From positions 1 through 54,133 of the IMG/VR virus record IMGVR_UViG_3300010214_000002: 54,133 nt of DNA; one strand, written 5' to 3'. This stretch comes from a virus. Taxonomy: Duplodnaviria; Caudoviricetes. Shown piece after piece: positions 45,757 to 54,133 of the stretch (the first letter of the stretch is position 1; each line of letters opens with the position of its first letter). The notes under the pieces are model-generated. The model ran no database searches. It saw only the letters and a program-made list of their open reading frames with translations, and had not been told where the DNA came from. The translations under genes were made by a program, and so were the position numbers.

Positions 45757-45797
45757 AAAAAGCCCGGGCGGGCGTTATCCACACCTGCCCGGGCTTC
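45757..45797 (-). terminator. Rho-independent terminator after the major capsid gene
   Basis: Minus strand GAAGCCCGGGCAGG...CCCGCCCGGGCTTTTT. Confidence 0.8.
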
Positions 45798-45821
45798 AGC
45801 TGGCTCTACGTAGCGGTCGGC

Positions 45822-46844
45822 TTAGATGCCGTCCATGTAGTAGGCCGATTGCGGGTAGTACCACTCGACGCCGCTGTACTTGTACTCGCCCGGAATCTGC
45901 ATCGCCAGAGCGACCGGTTGCGGTGCGAGGAAGCGCAGGGGCATCGGGATGTGGAACACCAGCCGGTTCGGCCGCTTCACGTAGCCGATCATGCGGGCCG
46001 TGCCGCCAGCGCCCGCCGATGCCAGCGAGGTCAGCGCGGTGAAGTTGATGTCAACCCCACGCTCGAGCTTCGCCATGTTGTTTTCCTTCAGCCACGACAG
46101 CACGGTCTTGTCGCTGAAGCCAGCCATGCGCGTCGTCGAGATCATCGCGTATTCGGCGTTCGGCAACACGATGTCCGTGAGCACGTCCACCTTTGCGGTC
46201 GCGGTCCAGATCTGGAGGATCAGGGCGTTGACGTCGGCCAGGATCTTGTCGGGGTCGGTCGGAGCCCACGAGCCGTTCGGCGCATTGCCGCTCGACACGG
46301 ACGGGTTGTTCACGAAGCCCGGCAGGTTGTCTTCACCGTTGAGCGCCACGTCGTTCATGTGGCGTTCGTAGGCGTCGATAGCCGCGTTGAGTCGGCGTTG
46401 GGGCAGCGGGCGGCGCAGGAACGCAGCCTTGCGCAGCTCTTCCGTGTTGTACTCGTAGCCGATACCGCCCAGCACGACCGGCATGGACGCATCACCGTCC
46501 AGCACGTTCGCCATCGGGATGTCCTTACCCGATGCGGTGATCCGCTTGCCTCGGCCGACGTTGTCGGTCGTTTCGTAGCGGATGGTTTCGGCCCACTCGC
46601 CAGCAGCGGTCGAGATGGGGATCAGCTGCGCGTATTGCAGCGGCTCGCGCATGACTTGGAACACCTGTTGCTCGGTGTACGCCAGTTGACTGATCAGGAA
46701 GCCGATGCCGTTGGCCGCGTCCATGCCGTGAATGCCCAGATCCATCGGCGAACCGATGATCCCGGAGAAAGCCGGGTTCTGGCGGATGGCCGCATCGAAC
46801 ACCGGCTGGCGGCGCAGGATGTACGGGTCTTGTTGGTTTCGCAT
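45822..46844 (-). CDS. Major capsid protein (DUF2184-like, HK97 fold)
   Basis: FL..QL...GYEY..EEL..A...G..N.P.V...IPMP...GVEWYYP...Y.DGI; strong codon bias; followed by a terminator. Confidence 0.9.
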   Translation of the reverse strand: MRNQQDPYILRRQPVFDAAIRQNPAFSGIIGSPMDLGIHGMDAANGIGFLISQLAYTEQQVFQVMREPLQYAQLIPISTAAGEWAETIRYETTDNVGRGKRITASGKDIPMANVLDGDASMPVVLGGIGYEYNTEELRKAAFLRRPLPQRRLNAAIDAYERHMNDVALNGEDNLPGFVNNPSVSSGNAPNGSWAPTDPDKILADVNALILQIWTATAKVDVLTDIVLPNAEYAMISTTRMAGFSDKTVLSWLKENNMAKLERGVDINFTALTSLASAGAGGTARMIGYVKRPNRLVFHIPMPLRFLAPQPVALAMQIPGEYKYSGVEWYYPQSAYYMDGI

Positions 46845-46877
46845 GATGTTTGTCGTTCCTTTTCGAAAAGACCCGGT

Positions 46878-47399
46878 TTACAGTTGGAAGCGGATCGCGA
46901 TGACACCCACCTCACCGGCTGCCGTGGTGGTACGCCATTTTGCGCCGGTCACTGCGACGCGGCCTGCACCAGCGGCACCCGTTTGTGCGGAGCCGATCGT
47001 GCCGCCACCAGCGGTGATCGAAATGACGTCATCGTTTTCTGCAACGGCCTCGGCAGCGCGTGCGTAGAAGTAGCCTTCTTTCGCAACGGGCACCGTGTCG
47101 TCTTTGTCCCAGCCGGTCTCGCCGCCGTCGATCGGGAAGATCTTTTCGGCCGAGTACATGGCGAGCCCGATGGGCACGTCTGCGTCGGCTGCAATCTTCT
47201 TGATCGATTTCGCGTCGTTCCGTGCGACGAACGTACCGAAGATGATACGCGCCGCAGCAGAACCGGCAGCACCAGCGGACGCGTTACGCTTCGACACCAC
47301 ATGACGCGGGTTGAAGTCGTAGCCTGCGCCCGGGATGCCCAGCGGCAGCAGGGCCGCGCCATTCGTGGCGAGGTTCACGCCGTTCTTGACTTGAGCCAT
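46878..47399 (-). CDS. Capsid cement / decoration protein
   Basis: Between protease and MCP; FG..V...G...V...G...A.W.TT..AGE pattern. Confidence 0.8.
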   Translation of the reverse strand: MAQVKNGVNLATNGAALLPLGIPGAGYDFNPRHVVSKRNASAGAAGSAAARIIFGTFVARNDAKSIKKIAADADVPIGLAMYSAEKIFPIDGGETGWDKDDTVPVAKEGYFYARAAEAVAENDDVISITAGGGTIGSAQTGAAGAGRVAVTGAKWRTTTAAGEVGVIAIRFQL

Positions 47400-47405
47400 G
47401 ATGCT

Positions 47406-48641
47406 TTAAGCCCCCTTCTTGGTCTGCCACGCATTCGCCATGCGGGCGGTGTAATCCATATGAGCATCGACGACTGCCTGCGTGCCGCCGTTGCCGTTCT
47501 GGGCCGGGTCTTGCTTGTTCAGGAACGCAGCACCGTCGTTCATACGGTTCTGCTCCGTGGCCGCATCGGCTGCGGGCTTCAGCGAAGCCACCAGCTTGAA
47601 CGCGGTGCGGGCCTGCTCTTGGTCGAGCTGGTCCACTGCCTTTCCGCCGCACATGACTGCCAGCGGCTGCTTCAGCGCCTCGTCGTTGGCGACGTGCTTC
47701 AGCACCTCGACGCGGATCGCGTGGCAGGTCTTGCCCTTGTGGTCCAGACCAGCGAACAGGCGCTTGCCGTCTTCGATGGTCTCGGCCCAGTCAGCGACCA
47801 TCGCGTCGCGCTGTTCCGGGGTCATGACGTCCTTCTTGGCAGTTGCCAGATCGTTCACGAGCGTAGCGATCGCGGTCTTCAGCGTCGCGCTGTCGCTCAG
47901 TGCAATCGACTTGTCGCCGATAACGATCACTTCTTTCAGCTGCGCATCGCGCGCTGCGACGGTCACGCCCATCTCGGTGAGCTGCTTCTGGAGCTTGTCG
48001 ATGACAGCGGCCGAAGCATCGTTCACCAGTACCGGGATGCCGTCGACCACAATGGTACGATCGGTCATAGTCCTTGGTTCCTTTGTTGAATCACCAACCC
48101 GACAGGCCGGGCCACACCTTGCGGCGTCCACAAGTGCAATGTGGTTGCCGCGAATCTTCCGTTGGACGAAGTCATACTTCTTCCCGTTCGGGGCGGTTCC
48201 GGGTGTCCAGTCGGGTTCGAAATCGTAACCGCACGACAACTGTACTTTGCCGGCATTGATCTTTGCAACGGCCGAACTGTCCTTAACAACAAGGTCCACG
48301 TCCGTGTAATGGCCTTCTGCATCAACATACTCGCCCTTGCGCATGTTGTGCGCATCGCCAACGCTCACCTCTTTCCAATTGTCCGCATTCACCGGCTTGT
48401 GATCATCAACGATCGACTTGTGCTGGAATGACGCGAGCGAATCCGGCGCAAAGACTTCTTCAGGCGGTCGGTAGGCAACCACGATCGCCATCGGGTCGCG
48501 GTCGGTGAGGCCGAGCTCGAATGCGCGGTAGTCCTGCGTGCCGGTGCGAGAGGCCCGGGCCGTAGTCAGCATGAACCCGTCAGCAGTAATGGTCCGCTGT
48601 GTGGGCAATGCAATTGTGTCTTTGACAGAGAGGCGTGTCAT
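47406..48641 (-). CDS. Head maturation protease / scaffold (DUF2213-like)
   Basis: TADGF...RTG.Q.Y...YRPPEEVF...LSCGY...Q..IRGNHIALV..ARCG. Confidence 0.9.
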   Translation of the reverse strand: MTRLSVKDTIALPTQRTITADGFMLTTARASRTGTQDYRAFELGLTDRDPMAIVVAYRPPEEVFAPDSLASFQHKSIVDDHKPVNADNWKEVSVGDAHNMRKGEYVDAEGHYTDVDLVVKDSSAVAKINAGKVQLSCGYDFEPDWTPGTAPNGKKYDFVQRKIRGNHIALVDAARCGPACRVGDSTKEPRTMTDRTIVVDGIPVLVNDASAAVIDKLQKQLTEMGVTVAARDAQLKEVIVIGDKSIALSDSATLKTAIATLVNDLATAKKDVMTPEQRDAMVADWAETIEDGKRLFAGLDHKGKTCHAIRVEVLKHVANDEALKQPLAVMCGGKAVDQLDQEQARTAFKLVASLKPAADAATEQNRMNDGAAFLNKQDPAQNGNGGTQAVVDAHMDYTARMANAWQTKKGA

Positions 48642-49480
48642 AGGTCGTCCAGTTCGAATACTGCGATGGCTGTGCAACGGCAATTCACGTCATTGCCGGG
48701 GTGGCCCGTATCAGCAGGGGGATCATCCCAGCTAAACGTCTGGCCCTCTTTTTCAGCATGGCTATCCCGCACACGCTCGTCAAGCGACGTCGACCAGATG
48801 TACTTTTTGATGCCGAGCTGCGTTTGGCGTGCTTCGTTGAACGATGCATTGAGCTTGCTGGTCTGGTCCCGTGCAATCAGCGTCGCCCTGTTCTTGGTGA
48901 TGCTGTAGTCGTTCATGAGGTCGCTAACGATGGCCGTATAGCGCATCCCAGACCGAACGCTATTCAGCACCGTGTTAGCCACACGCTGGTGGAACTGCGT
49001 CGGGATACTCTGGATCAACGACACGTTGGCAGCAAGGCCCAGCGCCACCTCATCCGCCACTGCACCAGACGTCATCAGGGGAGCAATGTTCACGCCTACA
49101 GCAGCCTGAGCGTTCTTCACAAGCTGGGCGTCTGTCTCTGCGAGCACAGCCTGCGTCTGAACCTCAGCTAGTCTGTCTGCCTGCTCTGCCAGCCTGCCGA
49201 AGATCCTGGATAGGGCGTTGAGCGCGCCGTTGACAGCCGCTGCCGCGCCCGTGGTGGCGTCCTTGGCCCCGGTGTAGGCGATATCGTCTTCGTGGTGCTT
49301 GAGTACGGGCAGGAGCTCGCGTTCCACCGCTGCCCAGCACTGGTTCACCAGCCCGTTGAGCTGCTTCGCGTACCACAGCTCCTGACGCTTCATGGCCTTT
49401 GGGGGCTTGATCTTGACCGTGCCACGGGGCTTCTTGCCCGTGGTTCGCGCCCTCAGTTGGAGGGCCTGCTTGAAGTTCAT
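48638..49480 (-). CDS. Minor head protein (SPP1 gp7 / Mu gpF-like)
   Basis: RA.LIARDQTSKLN...YIWSTS.DERVR.SH...HPG.D.NCRC. Confidence 0.9.
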   Translation of the reverse strand: MNFKQALQLRARTTGKKPRGTVKIKPPKAMKRQELWYAKQLNGLVNQCWAAVERELLPVLKHHEDDIAYTGAKDATTGAAAAVNGALNALSRIFGRLAEQADRLAEVQTQAVLAETDAQLVKNAQAAVGVNIAPLMTSGAVADEVALGLAANVSLIQSIPTQFHQRVANTVLNSVRSGMRYTAIVSDLMNDYSITKNRATLIARDQTSKLNASFNEARQTQLGIKKYIWSTSLDERVRDSHAEKEGQTFSWDDPPADTGHPGNDVNCRCTAIAVFELDDL

Positions 49481-51000
49481 GGCAGTTTAGGGGCTGGGGC
49501 TGGCGCAGGGGCCGCAGGCTTGCCCGGTTGTGGCGGCAGGGGCTTACCCGTGGCCGGGTCTACTGCGCCGCCCACAGGCGGTTCTGGCGGGTTGATGAGC
49601 GCTTCACGGGACAACTGGTCCACGAGCTCGACATCCTCGTCGGTGAGGTTCTTGTAGACGCCATTTTCCTTGAGGTCTTTGGCGACCGTGCCCTCAGTAA
49701 TGACGCCTGCGTCAAGGTAGATCTTGTCGCGGTCCGCGTTCGTCTTTTCGATGTCTGCCTGCTCTTTGTCGCTCATCTGCCAGAGGCTGTTGAACTCGAA
49801 GCGGTAGTCATCCGGCATTGTGCCCAGCACAGAACGCACGAACACCTCGTCAAAGCGCTCCAGCCTTGGCCGGTCGTCTGACTCTTGCTTGTTCTTGATG
49901 CCGTCGTAATAGTTGCGCACGTCGTTGTCCCCATTCGCGTTCAGGCCCGTGGCCGACGTACCCATGAAGCGCGATACCGGGATGTCAACAGCTCCGCAGT
50001 AGTTGGTCAGGAACCGAGCAAGCAACGGCTCGAGGTTCTGGAAGCTGTTTGACTTCTTCTCGTATTCTTCCGTACCGTCCAGCAGCAGCGTTCGGTTGAT
50101 GCCCTTCATCAACTGCGAGACTTGGAACCGCTTCGTAATGATAGCCTCACCGTTCTTTTTGGCGAGCGTCTCCGCAAGCTGGTTCGCCTTGATCACGTCA
50201 ACGTTGGCTTCGAACAGCATCGTGGCAACATTGGCCGTAGACGTGTCTGCGTTCATCATGGCCGAGTACGCAGCCTGCAAGACGCTGTCGTCCCAGTAGC
50301 CATTGTTCACCCATGCATCCCACGGCAGCTCAACACCACCGAAGCGAATGATGCGGCTGTGGTGCACACGGACCATGCTCTCACTGAGGATGTACATCGC
50401 AGGCAGCCCGAAATCAGGGTCCGCTGGGTCCATCACAAACGACGCGCCTTCTGGGGCAATGCGATTCCTGTCAACGCAAAGCACGTATTGAAGATCATCC
50501 TTCTTGACGTTCTCCGGCACGAGCGGCGTATCCAGCTTCTGCTTCGTGCCCATGATGAGGACTGCGCCACCGTACAGTGCACCCCACTTGATTGCGTCGG
50601 TGTACTTCTTCTTGAGGTTCAGCTTCTTCTCTGCTTTCTCAAGATCGAACATGCGCGTATCTTTCTTGCGCTTCTTCAGCGCGTCGACACTGCCGTCACC
50701 TTGGTCATCGTCAAAGATGAACGTGCGCCATTCTCGTGTCCGGTCGCCCGCTGGGATGTTGATGGTCTTCTGCGCAAGCCAGCTCGAGCGGTACATGGCC
50801 GTCAGCTGATACACACTCAGCGACACGGGCATGATGTACTGCGTGTAGGACATCTTGTCCCGATCCGTGCCCAGCCCGGCCACCACATTCACAAGCGAGC
50901 CGTCATTGGATTCGATGCTGTCTGCGACGGGGAGTTTGAAGCCCTTGTCCACACGTGCTCGGTTCAGTGCAGTCCCTGCGGTTCTAGGCTTGCTCGGCAT
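49477..51000 (-). CDS. Portal protein (DUF1073-like)
   Basis: Y..SWLA...LYGGA...VHHSR...DIP.SR.MG.S..GLNA.G..D..NYYD; follows terL. Confidence 0.9.
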   Translation of the reverse strand: MPSKPRTAGTALNRARVDKGFKLPVADSIESNDGSLVNVVAGLGTDRDKMSYTQYIMPVSLSVYQLTAMYRSSWLAQKTINIPAGDRTREWRTFIFDDDQGDGSVDALKKRKKDTRMFDLEKAEKKLNLKKKYTDAIKWGALYGGAVLIMGTKQKLDTPLVPENVKKDDLQYVLCVDRNRIAPEGASFVMDPADPDFGLPAMYILSESMVRVHHSRIIRFGGVELPWDAWVNNGYWDDSVLQAAYSAMMNADTSTANVATMLFEANVDVIKANQLAETLAKKNGEAIITKRFQVSQLMKGINRTLLLDGTEEYEKKSNSFQNLEPLLARFLTNYCGAVDIPVSRFMGTSATGLNANGDNDVRNYYDGIKNKQESDDRPRLERFDEVFVRSVLGTMPDDYRFEFNSLWQMSDKEQADIEKTNADRDKIYLDAGVITEGTVAKDLKENGVYKNLTDEDVELVDQLSREALINPPEPPVGGAVDPATGKPLPPQPGKPAAPAPAPAPKLP

Positions 51001-52408
51001 CTTCCACCTCTGGTTCGTCTATGTCGTCACCCATCGTGTCGTAGATGCTCAATGGGCGCTGTAGGTCGTTGAACGCTGCACTGCTGGCGTCAACCTCGTC
51101 ATCATGCACGTTCTCACCGCCAAAGGCTTCGAGCACGTTGAAGTAACGTTCGTTCCACGGCCCGCGCAGCACGCCGACATTCCCTGCCTGCCACTGCGCG
51201 CTGAATGGTTCGGCACGCGTAATCTTGTCGCCAGACTCGCGGATCGCACGCACCCGCCAACCTGCCAGCATGCGTACGTACGACTCCGCTTGCTCTTTAC
51301 CTGCCTGCCCCGGATCTTGGTTCAGGCGGATATGGACGTTGTCTGTGTCCATGCTGGCGTAGTTCTTAACCATGTTGCGCACGCGTTCGCTTCTGACGCG
51401 GTCGCTTACACAGTGGGCCACAATGAATCGCGGTACGCAGCCCTCAGGTCGAATCCCCATGAGGACGCCAGCGGTATAGTCGGGGTCTGGGTTCGCATCG
51501 CTCGGCTCGGTTGCAGCCAAGTCCCATGCTCGCACCCAACGTATAACGTCGGTAGGACATCTGTCAAGCAACTGACACTCGTGCCGCTTGAAGTACGCAC
51601 CGCTGCTGGGCCGCACGTTCCAGTTACCGCCGCGCTCCTCATCGCCCAGCAGACGCTCACGCTGCACACGCGTCATTGACTTCAGGTTGGCCCGGTACTT
51701 CGGGTCAGCCTTATTCAAGATCACGTTGTCTTTCAGGCGCGACAAGATGAAGGTGAACGACAGAGGTTCCGTATCCGGGCCATGCTGCGCGATGAGTTCT
51801 TCACGCGTATCAGCCCAATACACCGTATCGTCGATGCGGCAGAAGTAGCGGATGACACCGCTGCGTTCCGGGATGGCGTAACCGTCTTCGCCGATCCACC
51901 AATCAATGAACTTGCGCACCCACGAGTCAGCGTCTGGGTTCGTGGTGCATCGCATGTAGGGCTTGACCCCGCACGTAGAGCGGTTACGCGAAATCAGGTA
52001 GAAGAACATCGTCTCGCTGAAGTGCGTAAGCTCATCGAAGATGATGAGCGGTATCTGCGCGCCCTGCCACGAGAGAATGTCCTTCTCGTGTTCCAAGTGG
52101 GCCATCTTGATGTAACCGCCCTTGGGCCATGTCCACTTGAGGACGTGCATCGTTGGCACGCCCCCGGCTGCCGGGTAGAGCTTCATGCTCTCATCCCACA
52201 GCCCGCCCGGGTTCTTGATCTGCACCGTCTCACGGCGGAAGTAGACCGTGTAGAACTCGGGGTTGCTGGTCACATGACGCAGCGGCTCCATGAGCGCGCC
52301 AAACGTCTTTCCCCCGCCAGCACTGCCACCATAAATGACAATGTCTGCGGGGGATGAGAGGAACTGCTCTTGAGGACCGGGCTGCGGTCTAATCTGCCGA
52401 ATGGTCAC
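50984..52408 (-). CDS. terL: Terminase large subunit
   Basis: YGGSAGGGKT Walker A, FDELTHF Walker B, TTNP, RAWDLAAT, QDPGQAGK, HDDEVDA. Confidence 0.95.
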   Translation of the reverse strand: MTIRQIRPQPGPQEQFLSSPADIVIYGGSAGGGKTFGALMEPLRHVTSNPEFYTVYFRRETVQIKNPGGLWDESMKLYPAAGGVPTMHVLKWTWPKGGYIKMAHLEHEKDILSWQGAQIPLIIFDELTHFSETMFFYLISRNRSTCGVKPYMRCTTNPDADSWVRKFIDWWIGEDGYAIPERSGVIRYFCRIDDTVYWADTREELIAQHGPDTEPLSFTFILSRLKDNVILNKADPKYRANLKSMTRVQRERLLGDEERGGNWNVRPSSGAYFKRHECQLLDRCPTDVIRWVRAWDLAATEPSDANPDPDYTAGVLMGIRPEGCVPRFIVAHCVSDRVRSERVRNMVKNYASMDTDNVHIRLNQDPGQAGKEQAESYVRMLAGWRVRAIRESGDKITRAEPFSAQWQAGNVGVLRGPWNERYFNVLEAFGGENVHDDEVDASSAAFNDLQRPLSIYDTMGDDIDEPEVEDAEQA

Positions 52409-52631
52409 GTCCGCCGTTTAGCCTTGAGTTCTGTTTTGCACACCAATCACATGTGCGTATGTAGATCCTCCGCTCAAGCGGTTTCATCAAGTTCCACTTG
52501 AGCGGATGCGTGCACATGTAGTACCACGCGTTTGACTTGGGCCAGTGGCGTAAGGTAACACGGGGCAGCACGCAAATTTCCCCCTCGACTCTCTTCTGCC
52601 ACATAATCCGATGGGGGTGCTCAACGATCAT
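52389..52631 (-). CDS. Hypothetical protein
   Basis: ATGA coupling upstream; overlaps the terL start. Confidence 0.6.
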   Translation of the reverse strand: MIVEHPHRIMWQKRVEGEICVLPRVTLRHWPKSNAWYYMCTHPLKWNLMKPLERRIYIRTCDWCAKQNSRLNGGRDHSAD

Positions 52632-53092
52632 TTCTTCAGCCTCCCCGTGATGTACTGAAGCAGCGTGTATGCAGCGCCCAGCTTCTTCCGCATGAACAAG
52701 ATGTAGGCGTTGTCATCGGGCACCATATCGCGCGGTTTGTTGTACGCGTCATAGACGCACTGGAAGACTTCTTCCAACTTCGCACGCTCGTGTTCGATAG
52801 ACCCACACAGCAAGCCAATAGAAGACGCTGCCATTTCAATGACATCCTTGTCCGGATAGCGCCCATAGTTCACCATGCCTGTCAGCGCGTACAGGCGCCG
52901 CAGCCGGGCCGCTAGGGCTTGACGCATGAGCTCGTCGAGCTGTGGTAGCGTCTCGTCCACGAACACACCATTCAGGTACTTCGCCAACAGCTCGGCCGCG
53001 TCGCGATCCGGTTCGCTGTTGGACGTGAGGCGCAGATTGCACGCGAGCGAATGCAGCCGAATACGGGCTGCCTCTTTGCGGTAGGCATCCAT
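52628..53092 (-). CDS. Hypothetical protein
   Basis: TGATG coupling; helical. Confidence 0.65.
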   Translation of the reverse strand: MDAYRKEAARIRLHSLACNLRLTSNSEPDRDAAELLAKYLNGVFVDETLPQLDELMRQALAARLRRLYALTGMVNYGRYPDKDVIEMAASSIGLLCGSIEHERAKLEEVFQCVYDAYNKPRDMVPDDNAYILFMRKKLGAAYTLLQYITGRLKK

Positions 53093-53397
53093 CACGCATC
53101 CCCCAGCGAAAGCACGCACAGGCCATCGGGCAGACCGTAGCCGCGTTGAATGTGGGTAATGCGCTTGTACAGCTCGCGCCCGGTGTAGTCGTCGCGGTCT
53201 GCCGGACCGTACGTCTGTTTGAGCAGCAGAGTATCGTTGATACGGTAATCACGGTCTGCCTTGCGCACTTCGCATTTCTTGATGCCCAGCGAGACATCAT
53301 GGAAGGCTTGCTCGTCGCACTTCAAAACATGCGTCACCGGCATGCGCGGCCCGAGCGGCATCACCTCTACAACCTGCGGTCCTGGAATTGCACTCAT
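53092..53397 (-). CDS. ASCH/PUA-like DUF3850 protein
   Basis: HVLKC...F..V..G.KKCEVRK.DRDY...D.L.L...YTGR...ITH...GL..G..VLS; AGGAG RBS (alternative start 53472). Confidence 0.8.
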   Translation of the reverse strand: MSAIPGPQVVEVMPLGPRMPVTHVLKCDEQAFHDVSLGIKKCEVRKADRDYRINDTLLLKQTYGPADRDDYTGRELYKRITHIQRGYGLPDGLCVLSLGDA

Positions 53398-53468
53398 TTG
53401 ATCAGCTCCTAATAGAGGACATCGATGAGGCGCCGCACAGCCTAAGCACACATCGCAGCGCCTTGCGG

Positions 53469-53747
53469 TCATTTTGCAGCGTCCGCCTCGGCCGTGTCTC
53501 CAACGGCAAAGAACACGTTCAGGAGCTGGACCTGCTTGATGTGGAAGTCGGCCTGCGCGTGATGGACACTCGCGGATGCGCTCTTTGGCGTATACGCGTT
53601 TGCGCAGTTGCGATGATAGCGGGCCATGTTCCAGTGCCACAGACGCAGGGTGCGGAATTGCGTTTCAAGCTCTTTCGCCGCTGCGTCGCTTTGCATGGGA
53701 AGCTGTTCGATGGCTTCGCGCCACCCCTTCAAGAAGTCTCTAGGCAT
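53469..53747 (-). CDS. Hypothetical protein
   Basis: ATG 53747; His/Trp-rich LRLWHW...HH..ADFH. Confidence 0.6.
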   Translation of the reverse strand: MPRDFLKGWREAIEQLPMQSDAAAKELETQFRTLRLWHWNMARYHRNCANAYTPKSASASVHHAQADFHIKQVQLLNVFFAVGDTAEADAAK

Positions 53748-53751
53748 GGTC

Positions 53752-54133
53752 TTAGAGGTAGAGTAATTCGTTGGCAATGCACTGCATGTCGTGATCGGCA
53801 GGCTTGCCCATGGCGTACTGCCATCTGCAATCCGCGCACCACCGATAGCGATAGCCCACCGCTAGTTGTGTCTCGAAGCCTGCGTTGAGAAAGAGCACAT
53901 CGCACCGCGCAACATTCCACGCTTGCACCTTGGCCGTATCGTCGGTAATCAGCCGATCGCCGTTCTTGTACGTCAACATGAAGCAGAATGCAAACCGTCG
54001 ATTGGCATTGCGCATGGGCGGCAGATCGTTGGGCTTCTGTTCGAGCTGCGCAAGGTAGTCGCCCAGCTTGCCCTCGGGCACTTGCTCGACGTGGAGTTGG
54101 CCGTAGTTGTCCACACGGCCATGCCACGCCTTC
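53752..54133 (-). CDS. Hypothetical protein, C-terminal part of the junction-spanning ORF (starts at 312)
   Basis: Open frame continuous with 312..1 through the 55-bp overlap. Confidence 0.75.
   Translation of the reverse strand, partial: KAWHGRVDNYGQLHVEQVPEGKLGDYLAQLEQKPNDLPPMRNANRRFAFCFMLTYKNGDRLITDDTAKVQAWNVARCDVLFLNAGFETQLAVGYRYRWCADCRWQYAMGKPADHDMQCIANELLYL
54079..54133. repeat. Terminal direct repeat, right copy (circular-assembly overlap)
   Basis: Identical to 1-55. Confidence 0.95.

Noticed and set aside
45775-45783. Perfect DnaA box TTATCCACA (also at 21602-21610)
   Set aside because: Isolated single copies, one in a terminator hairpin and one in coding sequence; no cluster near the AT-rich region
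45849-48089. 746-aa ORF on the + strand
   Set aside because: Antisense shadow of the highly codon-biased capsid, cement and protease genes; no recognisable motifs or RBS
49477-51000. Possible anti-CBASS Acb1 label for the DUF1073-like protein
   Set aside because: Size and position between terL and the minor head gene identify it as the portal
54079-54133. 55-bp terminal repeat as a biological direct terminal repeat
   Set aside because: It falls inside a continuous ORF and 55 is a common assembler k-mer size; best explained as circular-contig overlap

Overview
This window is an apparently complete, circularly permuted, GC-rich dsDNA tailed-phage genome. The first and last 55 bp are identical and one ORF reads across the junction, giving a unique length of 54,078 bp. 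The + strand arm (~4.6-25.8 kb) holds early, replication and nucleotide genes: Sak4-like ATPase, DUF669 SSB-like protein, MazG-like pyrophosphatase, Cas4-like exonuclease, SF2 helicase, beta clamp and family B DNA polymerase. It also has a complete 7-deazaguanine DNA-modification pathway (queE, queC, queD, folE, dpdA) and a separate VUT/YhhQ-type precursor transporter. The - strand arm holds primase-helicase, terminases, a contractile-tail (myovirus) morphogenesis module, three paralogous tail fibres, a collagen/SGNH appendage protein and a holin-GH19 endolysin-spanin lysis cassette. I found no integrase, tRNA or CRISPR array, so a lytic lifestyle is likely. The most unusual unexplained element is a self-contained transcription unit just upstream of the que genes (13760-14930). 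It consists of a promoter, a Lys/Ala-rich protein whose small domain is repeated in three neighbouring genes, about 560 nt of densely base-paired non-coding sequence (a preQ1-I-like pseudoknot candidate and three long hairpins), and a terminator. All family assignments are from motif recognition by eye; no database search was run.
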